Of a stretch of DNA of 64,000 bases, positions 1 to 11,362 are shown one piece after another (position 1 is the first letter of the stretch; each line of letters begins with the position of its first letter). A program made the translations under genes and the position numbers. This stretch comes from Eledone cirrhosa (taxonomy: Eukaryota). Under the pieces are notes generated by a model that worked only from the letters and a program-made list of their open reading frames with translations, was not told where the DNA came from and searched no databases. The stretch is from contig CAXHJY010000898.1 in NCBI GenBank assembly GCA_964016885.1, positions 372,001 through 436,000 on the forward strand. Reading direction: 5' to 3'.

Positions 1-2704
1 AGCTTAGGATATCTTAGGTTAGGATAGCTTAGCTTAGGATAGCTTAGGATAGATTAGCTTAGCTTAGCTTAGGATAGCTTAGCTTAGCTTAGCTTAGGAT
101 AGCTTAGCTTAGCTTAGGATAGCTTAGCTTAGCTTAGCTTAGGATAGCTTAGCTTAGCTTAGCTTAGGATAGCTTAGCTTAGCTTAGGATAGCTTAGCTT
201 AGCTTAGCTTAGGATAGCTTAGCTTAGCTTAGCTTAGGATAGCTTAGCTTAGCTTAGCTTAGGATAGCTTAGCTTAGGATAGCTTAGCTTAGGATAGCTT
301 AGCTTAGGTTAGCTTAGCTTAGCTTAGCTTAGGATAGCTTAGGATAGCTTAGCTTAGGATAACTTAGCTTAGCTTAGCTTAGGATAGCTTAGCTTAGCTT
401 AGCTTAGGATAGCTTAGCTTAGCTTAGCTTAGGATAGCTTAGCTTAGGATAGCTTAGGATTGCTTAGCTTAGCTTAGCTTAGGATAGCTTAGCTTAGCTT
501 AGCTTAGGATAGCTTAGCTTAGCTTAGGATAGCTTAGCTTAGCTTAGCTTAGGATAGCTTAGCTTAGCTTAGCTTAGGATAGCTTAGCTTAGCTTAGCTT
601 AGGATAGCTTAGGATAGCTTAGGATAGCTTAGCTTAGCTTAGCTTAGGATAGCTTAGCTTAGCTTAGGATAGCTTAGCTTAGCTTAGCTTAGGATAGCTT
701 AGCTTAGCTAAAGATAGCTTAGCTTAGCTTAGCTTAGGATAGCTTAGCTTAGCTTAGCTTAGGATAGCTTAGCTTAGCTTAGCTTAGGATAGCTTAGCTT
801 AGCTTAGCTTAGGATAGCTTAGCTTAGCTTAGCTTAGGATAGATTAGCTTAGCTTAGGATAGCTTAGCTTAGCTTAGCTTAGGAAAGCTTAGCTTAGCTT
901 AGGATAGCTTAGCTTAGCTTAGCTTAGGAGAGCTTAGCTTAGCTTAGCTTAGGATAGCTTAGCTTAGCTTAGCTTAGGATAGCTTAGCTTAGCTTAGGTA
1001 GCTTAGCTTAGCTTAGCTTAGGATAGCTTAGCTTAGCTTAGCTTAGCTTAGGATAGCTTAGCTTAGCTTAGCTTAGGAGAGCTTAGCTTAGCTTAGCTTA
1101 GGATAGCTTAGGATAGCTTAGCTTAGGATAGCTTAGGATAGCTTACCTTAGGAGAGCTTAGCTTAGGATAGCTTAGCTTAGGATAGCTTAGGATAGCTTA
1201 GCTTAGGATAGCTTAGCTTAGGATAGCTTAGCTTAGGATAGCTTAGGATAGCTTAGCTTAGCTTAGCTTAGGATAGCTTAGCTTAGCTTAGCTTAGGATA
1301 GCTTAGCTTAGGTTAGCTTAGCTTAGCTTAGCTTAGCTTAGGATAGCTTAGCTTAGGATAGCTTAGGATAGCTTAGGATAGCTTAGCTTAGGATAGCTTA
1401 GCTTAGGATAGCTTAGGATAGCTTAGCTTAGGATAGCTTAGGATAGCTTAGCTTAGGATAGCTTAGCTTAGGATAGCTTAGGATAGCTTAGCTTAGCTTA
1501 GCTTAGGATAGCTTAGCTTAGCTTAGCTTAGGATAGCTTAGCTTAGCTTAGGATTGCTTAGCTTAGCTTAGCTTAGGATAGCTTAGGATAGCTTAGCTTA
1601 GGATAGCTTAGCTTAGGATAGCTTAGGATAGCTTAGGATAGCTTAGCTTAGCTTAGCTTAGGATAGCTTAGCTTAGCTTAGCTTAGGATAGCTTAGCTTA
1701 GCTTAGCTTAGGATAGCTTAGCTTAGCTTAGGATAGCTTAGCTTAGCTTAGCTTAGGATAGCTTAGCTTAGCTTAGCTTAGGACAGCTTAGCTTAGCTTA
1801 GCTTAGGATAGCTTAGCTTAGCTTAGGATAGCTTAGCTTAGCTTAGCTTAGGATAGCTTAGCTTAGGATAGCTTAGCTTAGGATAGCTTAGCTTGGGTTA
1901 GCTTAGCTTAGCTTAGCTTAGGATAGCTTAGGATAGCTTAGCTTAGGATAGCTTAGCTTAGCTTAGCTTAGGATAGCTTAGCTTAGCTTAGTTTAGGATA
2001 GCTTAGCTTAGCTTAGCTTAGCTTAGGATAGCTTAGCTTAGCTTAGCTTAGGATAGCTTAGCTTAGCTTAGGATAGTTTAGCTTAGCTTAGCTTAGGATA
2101 GCTTAGCTTAGCTTAGCTTAGGATAGCTTAGCTTAGCTTAGCTTAGGATAGCTTAGCTTAGCTTAGCTTAGGATAGCTTAGCTTAGCTTAGCTTAGGATA
2201 GCTTAGCTTAGCTTAGGATAGCTTAGCTTAGCTTAGGATAGCTTAGCTTAGCTTAGCTTAGGATAGCTTAGCTTAGCTTAGCTTAGGATAGCTTAGCTTA
2301 GGATAGCTTAGCTTAGCTTAGCTTAGGATAGCTTAGCTTAGCTTAGCTTAGGATAGCTTAGCTTAGCTTAGCTTAGGATAGCTTAGCTTAGCTTAGCTTA
2401 GGATAGCTTAGCTTAGCTTAGCTTAGGATAGCTTAGCTTAGCTTAGCTTAGGATAGCTTAGCTTAGCTTAGCTTAGGATAGCTTAGCTTAGCTTAGCTTA
2501 GGATAGCTTAGCTTAGCTTAGCTTAGGATTGCTTAGCTTAGCTTGGCTTAGGATAGCTTAGCTTAGCTTGGCTTAGGATAGCTTAGCTTAGCTTAGCTTA
2601 GGATAGCTTAGCTTAGCTTAGCTTAGGATAGCTTAGCTTAGCTTAGCTTAGGATAGCTTAGCTTAGCTTAGGATAGCTTAGCTTAGTTTAGGATAGCTTA
2701 GCTT

Positions 2705-5700
2705 AGCTTAGCTTAGGATAGCTTAGGATAGCTTAGCTTAGGATAGCTTAGGATAGCTTAGCTTAGGATAGCTTAGGATAGCTTAGGTTAGGATAGCTTA
2801 GCTTAGGATAGCTTAGGATAGCTTAGCTTAGGATAGCTTAGGATAGCTTAGCTTAGGATAGCTTAGGATAGCTTAGCTTAGGATAGCTTAGCTTAGGATA
2901 GCTTAGCTTAGGATAGCTTAGGAAAGCTTAGCTTAGCTTAGCTTAGGATAGCTTAGCTTAGCTTAGCTTAGGATAGCTTAGCTTAGCTTAGCTTAGGATA
3001 GCTTAGGATAGCTTAGCTTAGGATAGCTTAGGATAGCTTAGCTTAGGATAGCTTAGCTTAGGATAGCTTAGCTTAGGATAGCTTAGCTTAGGATAGCTTA
3101 GGATAGCTTAGCTTAGGATTGCTTAGGATAGCTTAGCTTAGGATAGCTTAGCTTAGGATAGCTTAGGATAGCTTAGCTTAGCTTAGCTTAGGATAGCTTA
3201 GCTTAGCTTAGCTTAGTATAGCTTAGCTTAGCTTAGCTTAGCTTAGGATAGCTTAGCTTAGCTTAGCTTAGGATAGCTTAGGATAGCTTAGCTTAGGATA
3301 GCTTAGGATAGCTTAGCTTAGGATAGCTTAGGATAGCTTAGCTTAGGATAGCTTAGGATAGCTTAGCTTAGGATAGCTTAGCTTAGGATAGCTTAGCTTA
3401 GCTTAGCTTAGGATAGCTTAGCTTAGGATAGCTTAGGATAGCTTAGCTTAGGATAGCTTAGCTTAGGATAGCTTAGGATAGCTTAGCTTAGCTTAGCTTA
3501 GGATAGCTTAGCTTAGCTTAGGATAGCTTAGCTTAGCTTAGGATAGCTTAGCTTAGCTTAGCTTAGGATAGCTTAGCTTAGCTTAGCTTAGGATAGCTTA
3601 GCTTAGCTTAGCTTAGGATAGCTTAGCTTAGCTTAGCTTAGGATAGCTTAGCTTAGCTTAGGATAGCTTAGCTTAGGATAGCTTAGGATAGCTTAGCTTA
3701 GGATAGCTTAGCTTAGGATAGCTTAGCTTAGGTTAGCTTAGCTTAGCTTAGCTTAGGATAGCTTAGGATAGCTTAGCTTAGGATAGCTTAGCTTAGCTTA
3801 GCTTAGGATAGCTTAGCTTAGCTTAGCTTAGGATAGCTTAGCTTAGCTTAGGATAGCTTAGCTTAGGATAGCTTAGGATAGCTTAGCTTAGCTTAGCTTA
3901 GGATAGCTTAGCTTAGCTTAGCTTAGGATAGCTTAGCTTAGCTTAGGATAGCTTAGCTTAGCTTAGCTTAGGATAGCTTAGCTTAGCTTAGCTTAGGATA
4001 GCTTAGCTTAGGTTAGCTTAGGATAGCTTAGGATAGCTTAGGATAGCTTAGCTTAGCTTAGCTTAGCTTAGGATAGCTTAGCTTAGCTTAGCTTAGGATA
4101 GCTTAGCTTAGCTTAGCTTAGGATAGCTTAGCTTAGCTTAGGATAGCTTAGCTTAGCTTAGCTTAGGATAGCTTAGCTTAGCTTAGGATAGCTTAGCTTA
4201 GCTTAGCTTAGGATAGCTTAGCTTAGCTTAGCTTAGGATAGCTTAGCTTAGCTTAGCTTAGGATAGCTTAGCTTAGCTTAGCTTAGGATAGCTTAGCTTA
4301 GCTTAGCTTAGGATAGATTAGCTTAGCTTAGGATAGCTTAGCTTAGCTTAGCTTAGGAAAGCTTAGCTTAGCTTAGGATAGCTTAGCTTAGCTTAGCTTA
4401 GGAGAGTTTAGCTTAGCTTAGCTTAGGAAAACTTAGCTTAGCTTAGCTTAGCTTAGGATAGCTTAGCTTAGCTTAGCTTAGGTAGCTTAGCTTAGCTTAG
4501 CTTAGGATAGCTTAGCTTAGCTTAGCTTAGCTTAGCTTAGGATAGCTTAGCTTAGCTTAGCTTAGGAGAGCTTAGCTTAGCTTAGGATAGCTTAGGATAG
4601 CTTAGCTTAGGATAGCTTAGGATAGCTTACCTTAGGAGAGCTTAGCTTAGGATAGCTTAGCTTAGGATAGCTTAGGATAGCTTAGCTTAGGATAGCTTAG
4701 CTTAGGATAGCTTAGCTTAGGATAGCTTAGGATAGCTTAGCTTAGCTTAGCTTAGGATAGCTTAGCTTAGCTTAGCTTAGGACAGCTTAGCTTAGGTTAG
4801 CTTAGCTTAGGATAGCTTAGGATAGCTTAGCTTAGGATAGCTTAGGATAGCTTAGCTTAGGATAGCTTAGGATAGCTTAGCTTAGGATAGCTTAGCTTAG
4901 GATAGCTTAGGATAGCTTAGCTTAGGATAGCTTAGGATAGCTTAGCTTAGGATAGCTTAGGATAGCTTAGCTTAGGATAGCTTAGGATAGGTTAGGTTAG
5001 GATAGCTTAGCTTAGGATAGCTTAGGATAGCTTAGCTTAGGATAGCTTAGGATAGCTTAGCTTAGGATAGCTTAGGATAGCTTAGCTTAGGATAGCTTAG
5101 CTTAGGATAGCTTAGCTTAGGATAGCTTAGGAAAGCTTAGCTTAGCTTAGCTTAGGATAGCTTAGCTTAGCTTAGCTTAGGATAGCTTAGCTTAGCTTAG
5201 CTTAGGATAGCTTAGGATAGCTTAGCTTAGGATAGCTTAGGATAGCTTAGCTTAGGATAGCTTAGCTTAGGATAGCTTAGCTTAGGATAGCTTAGCTTAG
5301 GATAGCTTAGGATAGCTTAGCTTAGGATAGCTTAGGATAGCTTAGCTTAGGATAGCTTAGCTTAGGATAGCTTAGGATAGCTTAGCTTAGCTTAGCTTAG
5401 GATAGCTTAGCTTAGCTTAGCTTAGTATAGCTTAGCTTAGCTTAGCTTAGCTTAGGATAGCTTAGCTTAGCTTAGCTTAGGATAGCTTAGGATAGCTTAG
5501 CTTAGGATAGCTTAGGATAGCTTAGCTTAGGATAGCTTAGGATAGCTTAGCTTAGGATAGCTTAGGATAGCTTAGCTTAGGATAGCTTAGCTTAGGATAG
5601 CTTAGCTTAGCTTAGCTTAGGATAGCTTAGCTTAGGATAGCTTAGGATAGCTTAGCTTAGGATAGCTTAGCTTAGGATAGCTTAGGATAGCTTAGCTTAG

Positions 5701-7122
5701 CTTAGCTTAGGATAGCTTAGCTTAGCTTAGGATAGCTTAGCTTAGCTTAGGATAGCTTAGCTTAGCTTAGCTTAGGATAGCTTAGCTTAGCTTAGCTTAG
5801 GATAGCTTAGCTTAGCTTAGCTTAGGATAGCTTAGCTTAGCTTAGCTTAGGATAGCTTAGCTTAGCTTAGGATAGCTTAGCTTAGGATAGCTTAGGATAG
5901 CTTAGCTTAGGATAGCTTAGCTTAGGATAGCTTAGCTTAGGTTAGCTTAGCTTAGCTTAGCTTAGGATAGCTTAGGATAGCTTAGCTTAGGATAGCTTAG
6001 CTTAGCTTAGCTTAGGATAGCTTAGCTTAGCTTAGCTTAGGATAGCTTAGCTTAGCTTAGGATAGCTTAGCTTAGGATAGCTTAGGATAGCTTAGCTTAG
6101 CTTAGCTTAGGATAGCTTAGCTTAGCTTAGCTTAGGATAGCTTAGCTTAGCTTAGGATAGCTTAGCTTAGCTTAGCTTAGGATAGCTTAGCTTAGCTTAG
6201 CTTAGGATAGCTTAGCTTAGGTTAGCTTAGGATAGCTTAGGATAGCTTAGGATAGCTTAGCTTAGCTTAGCTTAGCTTAGGATAGCTTAGCTTAGCTTAG
6301 CTTAGGATAGCTTAGCTTAGCTTAGCTTAGGATAGCTTAGCTTAGCTTAGGATAGCTTAGCTTAGCTTAGCTTAGGATAGCTTAGCTTAGCTTAGGATAG
6401 CTTAGCTTAGCTTAGCTTAGGATAGCTTAGCTTAGCTTAGCTTAGGATAGCTTAGCTTAGCTTAGCTTAGGATAGCTTAGCTTAGCTTAGCTTAGGATAG
6501 CTTAGCTTAGCTTAGCTTAGGATAGATTAGCTTAGCTTAGGATAGCTTAGCTTAGCTTAGCTTAGGAAAGCTTAGCTTAGCTTAGGATAGCTTAGCTTAG
6601 CTTAGCTTAGGAGAGCTTAGCTTAGCTTAGCTTAGGAAAACTTAGCTTAGCTTAGCTTAGCTTAGGATAGCTTAGCTTAGCTTAGCTTAGGTAGCTTAGC
6701 TTAGCTTAGCTTAGGATAGCTTAGCTTAGCTTAGCTTAGCTTAGCTTAGGATAGCTTAGCTTAGCTTAGCTTAGGAGAGCTTAGCTTAGCTTAGGATAGC
6801 TTAGGATAGCTTAGCTTAGGATAGCTTAGGATAGCTTACCTTAGGAGAGCTTAGCTTAGGATAGCTTAGCTTAGGATAGCTTAGGATAGCTTAGCTTAGG
6901 ATAGCTTAGCTTAGGATAGCTTAGCTTAGGATAGCTTAGGATAGCTTAGCTTAGCTTAGCTTAGGATAGCTTAGCTTAGCTTAGCTTAGGACAGCTTAGC
7001 TTAGGTTAGCTTAGCTTAGGATAGCTTAGGATAGCTTAGCTTAGGATAGCTTAGGATAGCTTAGCTTAGGATAGCTTAGGATAGCTTAGCTTAGGATAGC
7101 TTAGCTTAGGATAGCTTAGGAT
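2705..7122. repeat. Tandem duplication, unit 2209 bp (about 2705-4913 and 4914-7122)
   Basis: Rare variants recur at exactly +2209: AGGTT 2785/4994, AGTAT 3215/5424, AGGAA-AACTT 4425/6634, 4-bp AGGT 4480/6689. Confidence 0.93.
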
Positions 7123-10100
7123 AGCTTAGCTTAGGATAGCTTAGGATAGCTTAGCTTAGGATAGCTTAGGATAGCTTAGCTTAGGATAGCTTAGCTTAGG
7201 ATAGCTTAGGATAGCTTAGCTTAGCTTAGCTTAGGATAGCTTAGCTTAGCTTAGCTTAGGATAGCTTAGCTTAGCTTAGCTTAGGATAGCTTAGCTTAGC
7301 TTAGCTTAGGATAGCTTAGGATAGCTTAGCTTAGGATAGCTTAGGATAGCTTAGCTTAGGATAGCTTAGGATAGCTTAGGATAGCTTAGCTTAGCTTAGC
7401 TTAGGATAGCTTAGCTTAGCTTAGCTTAGGATAGCTTAGCTTAGCTTAGCTTAGGATAGCTTAGCTTAGCTTAGGATAGCTTAGCTTAGCTTAGCTTAGG
7501 ATAGCTTAGCTTAGCTTAGGATAGCTTAGCTTAGCTTAGCTTAGGATAGCTTAGCTTAGCTTAGGATAGCTTAGCTTAGCTTAGCTTAGGATAGCTTAGC
7601 TTAGCTTAGCTTAGGATAGCTTAGCTTAGGATAGCTTAGCTTAGGATAGCTTAGCTTAGGTTAGCTTAGCTTAGCTTAGCTTAGGATAGCTTAGGATAGC
7701 TTAGCTTAGGATAGCTTAGCTTAGCTTAGCTTAGGATAGCTTAGCTTAGCTTAGCTTAGGATAGCTTAGCTTAGCTTAGCTTAGGATAGCTTAGCTTAGG
7801 ATAGCTTAGGATAGCTTAGCTTAGCTTAGCTTAGGATAGCTTAGCTTAGCTTAGCTTAGGATAGCTTAGCTTAGCTTAGGATAGCTTAGCTTAGCTTAGC
7901 TTAGGATAGCTTAGCTTAGCTTAGCTTAGGATAGCTTAGCTTAGCTTAGCTTAGGATAGCTTAGGATAGCTTAGGATAGCTTAGCTTAGCTTAGGATAGC
8001 TTAGCTTAGCTTAGCTTAGGATAGCTTAGCTTAGCTTAGCTTAGGATAGCTTAGCTTAGCTTAGGATAGCTTAGCTTAACTTAGCTTAGGATAGCTTAGC
8101 TTAGCTTAGCTTAGGATAGCTTAGCTTAGCTTAGCTTAGGATAGCTTAGCTTAGCTTAGCTTAGGATAGCTTAGCTTAGCTTAGCTTAGTAGAGCTTAGC
8201 TTAGCTTAGCTTAGGATAGCTTAGCTTAGCTTAGCTTAGCTTAGGATAGCTTAGCTTAGCTTAGGATAGATTAGCTTAGCTTAGGATAGCTTAGCTTAGC
8301 TTAGCTTAGGAAACCTTAGCTTAGCTTAGGATAGCTTAGCTTAGCTTAGCTTAGGAGAGCTTAGCTTAGCTTAGCTTAGGATAGCTTAGCTTAGCTTAGC
8401 TTAGGATAGCTTAGGATAGCTTAGCTTAGGATAGCTTAGGATAGCTTAGCTTAGGATAGCTTAGGATAGCTTAGCTTAGGATAGCTTAGCTTAGGATAGC
8501 TTAGGATAGCTTAGCTTAGCTTAGCTTAGGATAGCTTAGGATAGCTTAGCTTAGGATAGCTTAGGATAGCTTAGCTTAGGATAGATTAGGATAGCTTAGC
8601 TTAGGATAGCTTAGGATAGCTTAGCTTAGGATAGCTTAGCTTAGCTTAGCTTAGGATAGCTTAGCTTGGGATAGCTTAGGATAGCTTAGCTTAGGATAGC
8701 TTAGGATAGCTTAGCTTAGCTTAGCTTAGGATAGCTTAGCTTAGCTTAGCTTAGGATAGCTTAGCTTAGCTTAGGATAGCTTAGCTTAGCTTAGCTTAGG
8801 ATAGCTTAGCTTAGCTTAGCTTAGGATAGCTTAGCTTAGCTTAGCTTAGGATAGCTTAGCTTAGCTTAGCTTAGGATAGCTTAGCTTAGCTTAGCTTAGG
8901 ATAGCTTAGCTTAGCTTAGCTTAGAATAGCTTAGCTTAGGATAGCTTAGCTTAGGATAGCTTAGCTTAGGATAGCTTAGGATAGCTTAGCTTAGGATAGC
9001 TTAGGATAGCTTAGCTTAGGATAGCTTAGCTTAGCTTAGCTTAGGATAGCTTAGCTTAGCTTAGGATAGCTTAGCTTAGCTTAGATTAGGATAGCTTAGC
9101 TTAGGATAGCTTAGGAAAGCTTAGCTTAGCTTAGCTTAGGATAGCTTAGCTTAGCTTAGCTTAGGATAGCTTAGCTTAGCTTAGGATAGTTTAGCTTAGC
9201 TTAGCTTAGGATAGCTTAGCTTAGCTTAGCTTAGGATAACTTAGCTTAGCTTAGCTTAGGATAGCTTAGCTTAGCTTAGGATAGCTTAGCTTAGCTTAGC
9301 TTAGGATAGCTTAGCTTAGCTTAGCTTAGGATAGCTTAGCTTAGCTTAGCTTAGGATAGCTTAGCTTAGGATAGCTTAGCTTAGCTTAGCTTAGGATAGC
9401 TTAGCTTAGCTTAGCTTAGGATAGCTTAGCTTAGCTTAGCTTAGGATAGCTTAGCTTAGCTTAGCTTAGTATAGCTTAGCTTAGCTTAGCTTAGGATAGC
9501 TTAGCTTAGCTTAGCTTAGGATAGCTTAGCTTAGCTTAGCTTAGGATAGCTTAGCTTAGCTTAGCTTAGGATAGCTTAGCTTAGCTTAGCTTAGGATAGC
9601 TTAGCTTAGCTTGGCTTAGGATAGCTTAGCTTAGCTTGGCTTAGGATAGCTTAGCTTAGCTTAGCTTAGGATAGCTTAGCTTAGCTTAGCTTAGGATAGC
9701 TTAGCTTAGCTTAGCTTAGGATAGCTTAGCTTAGCTTAGCTTAGGATAGCTTAGCTTAGTTTAGGATAGCTTAGCTTAGCTTAGCTTAGGATAGCTTAGG
9801 ATAGCTTAGCTTAGGATAGCTTAGGATAGCTTAGCTTAGGATAGCTTAGGATAGCTTAGGTTAGGATAGCTTAGCTTAGGATAGCTTAGGATAGCTTAGC
9901 TTAGGATAGCTTAGGATAGCTTAGCTTAGGATAGCTTAGGATAGCTTAGCTTAGGATAGCTTAGCTTAGGATAGCTTAGGAAAGCTTAGCTTAGCTTAGC
10001 TTAGGATAGCTTAGCTTAGCTTAGCTTAGGATAGCTTAGCTTAGCTTAGCTTAGGATAGCTTAGGATAGCTTAGCTTAGGATAGCTTAGGATAGCTTAGC

Positions 10101-11362
10101 TTAGGATAGCTTAGCTTAGGAGAGCTTAGCTTAGGATAGCTTAGGATAGCTTAGCTTAGGATAGCTTAGGATAGCTTAGCTTAGGATAGCTTAGCTTAGG
10201 ATAGCTTAGGATAGCTTAGCTTAGCTTAGCTTAGGATAGCTTAGCTTAGCTTAGCTTAGGATAGCTTAGCTTAGCTTAGCTTAGCTTAGGATAGCTTAGC
10301 TTAGCTTAGCTTAGGATAGCTTAGGATAGCTTAGCTTAGGATAGCTTAGGATAGCTTAGCTTAGGATAGCTTAGGATAGCTTAGCTTAGGATAGCTTAGG
10401 ATAGCTTAGCTTAGGATAGCTTAGCTTAGGATAGCTTAGCTTAGCTTAGCTTAGGATAGCTTAGCTTAGGATAGCTTAGGATAGCTTAGCTTAGCTTAGC
10501 TTAGCTTAGCTTAGGATAGCTTAGCTTAGCTTAGCTTAGGATAGCTTAGCTTAGCTTAGCTTAGGATAGCTTAGCTTAGCTTAGGATAGCTTAGCTTAGC
10601 TTAGCTTAGGAAAGCTTAGCTTAGCTTAGCTTAGGATAGCTTAGCTTAGGATAGCTTAGCTTAGGATAGCTTAGCTTAGGTTAGCTTAGCTTAGCTTAGC
10701 TTAGGATAGCTTAGGATAGCTTAGCTTAGGATAGCTTAGCTTAGCTTAGCTTAGGATAGCTTAGCCTAGCTTAGCTTAGGATAGCTTAGCTTAGCTTAGC
10801 TTAGGATAGCTTAGCTTAGGATAGCTTAGGATAGCTTAGCTTAGCTTAGCTTAGGATAGCTTAGCTTAGCTTAGGATAGCTTAGCTTAGCTTAGGATAGC
10901 TTAGCTTAGCTTAGCTTAGGATAGCTTAGCTTAGCTTAGCTTAGGATAGCTTAGCTTAGGTTAGCTTAGGATAGCTTAGGATAGCTTAGGATAGCTTAGC
11001 TTAGCTTAGCTTAGGATAGCTTAACTTAGCTTAGGATAGCTTAGCTTAGCTTAGCTTAGGATAGCTTAGCTTAGCTTAGCTTAGGATAGCTTAGCTTAGC
11101 TTAGCTTAGGATAGCTTAGCTTAGCTTAGCTTAGGATAGCTTAGCTTAGCTTAGCTTAGGATAGCTTAGCTTAGCTTAGCTTAGAATAGCTTAGCTTAGG
11201 ATAGCTTAGCTTAGGATAGCTTAGGATAGCTTAGCTTAGGATAGCTTAGGATAGCTTAGCTTAGGATAGCTTAGCTTAGCTTAGCTTAGGATAGCTTAGC
11301 TTAGCTTAGGATAGCTTAGCTTAGCTTAGCTTAGGATAGCTTAGCTTAGGATAGCTTAGGAA

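Noticed and set aside
705-715. Locally divergent AGCTA-AAGAT as an insertion scar
   Set aside because: Register is preserved and the paralogous copies (about 22.7, 41.2, 46.8 and 50.1 kb) have ordinary A-B units, so this is two substitutions or a base-calling error.
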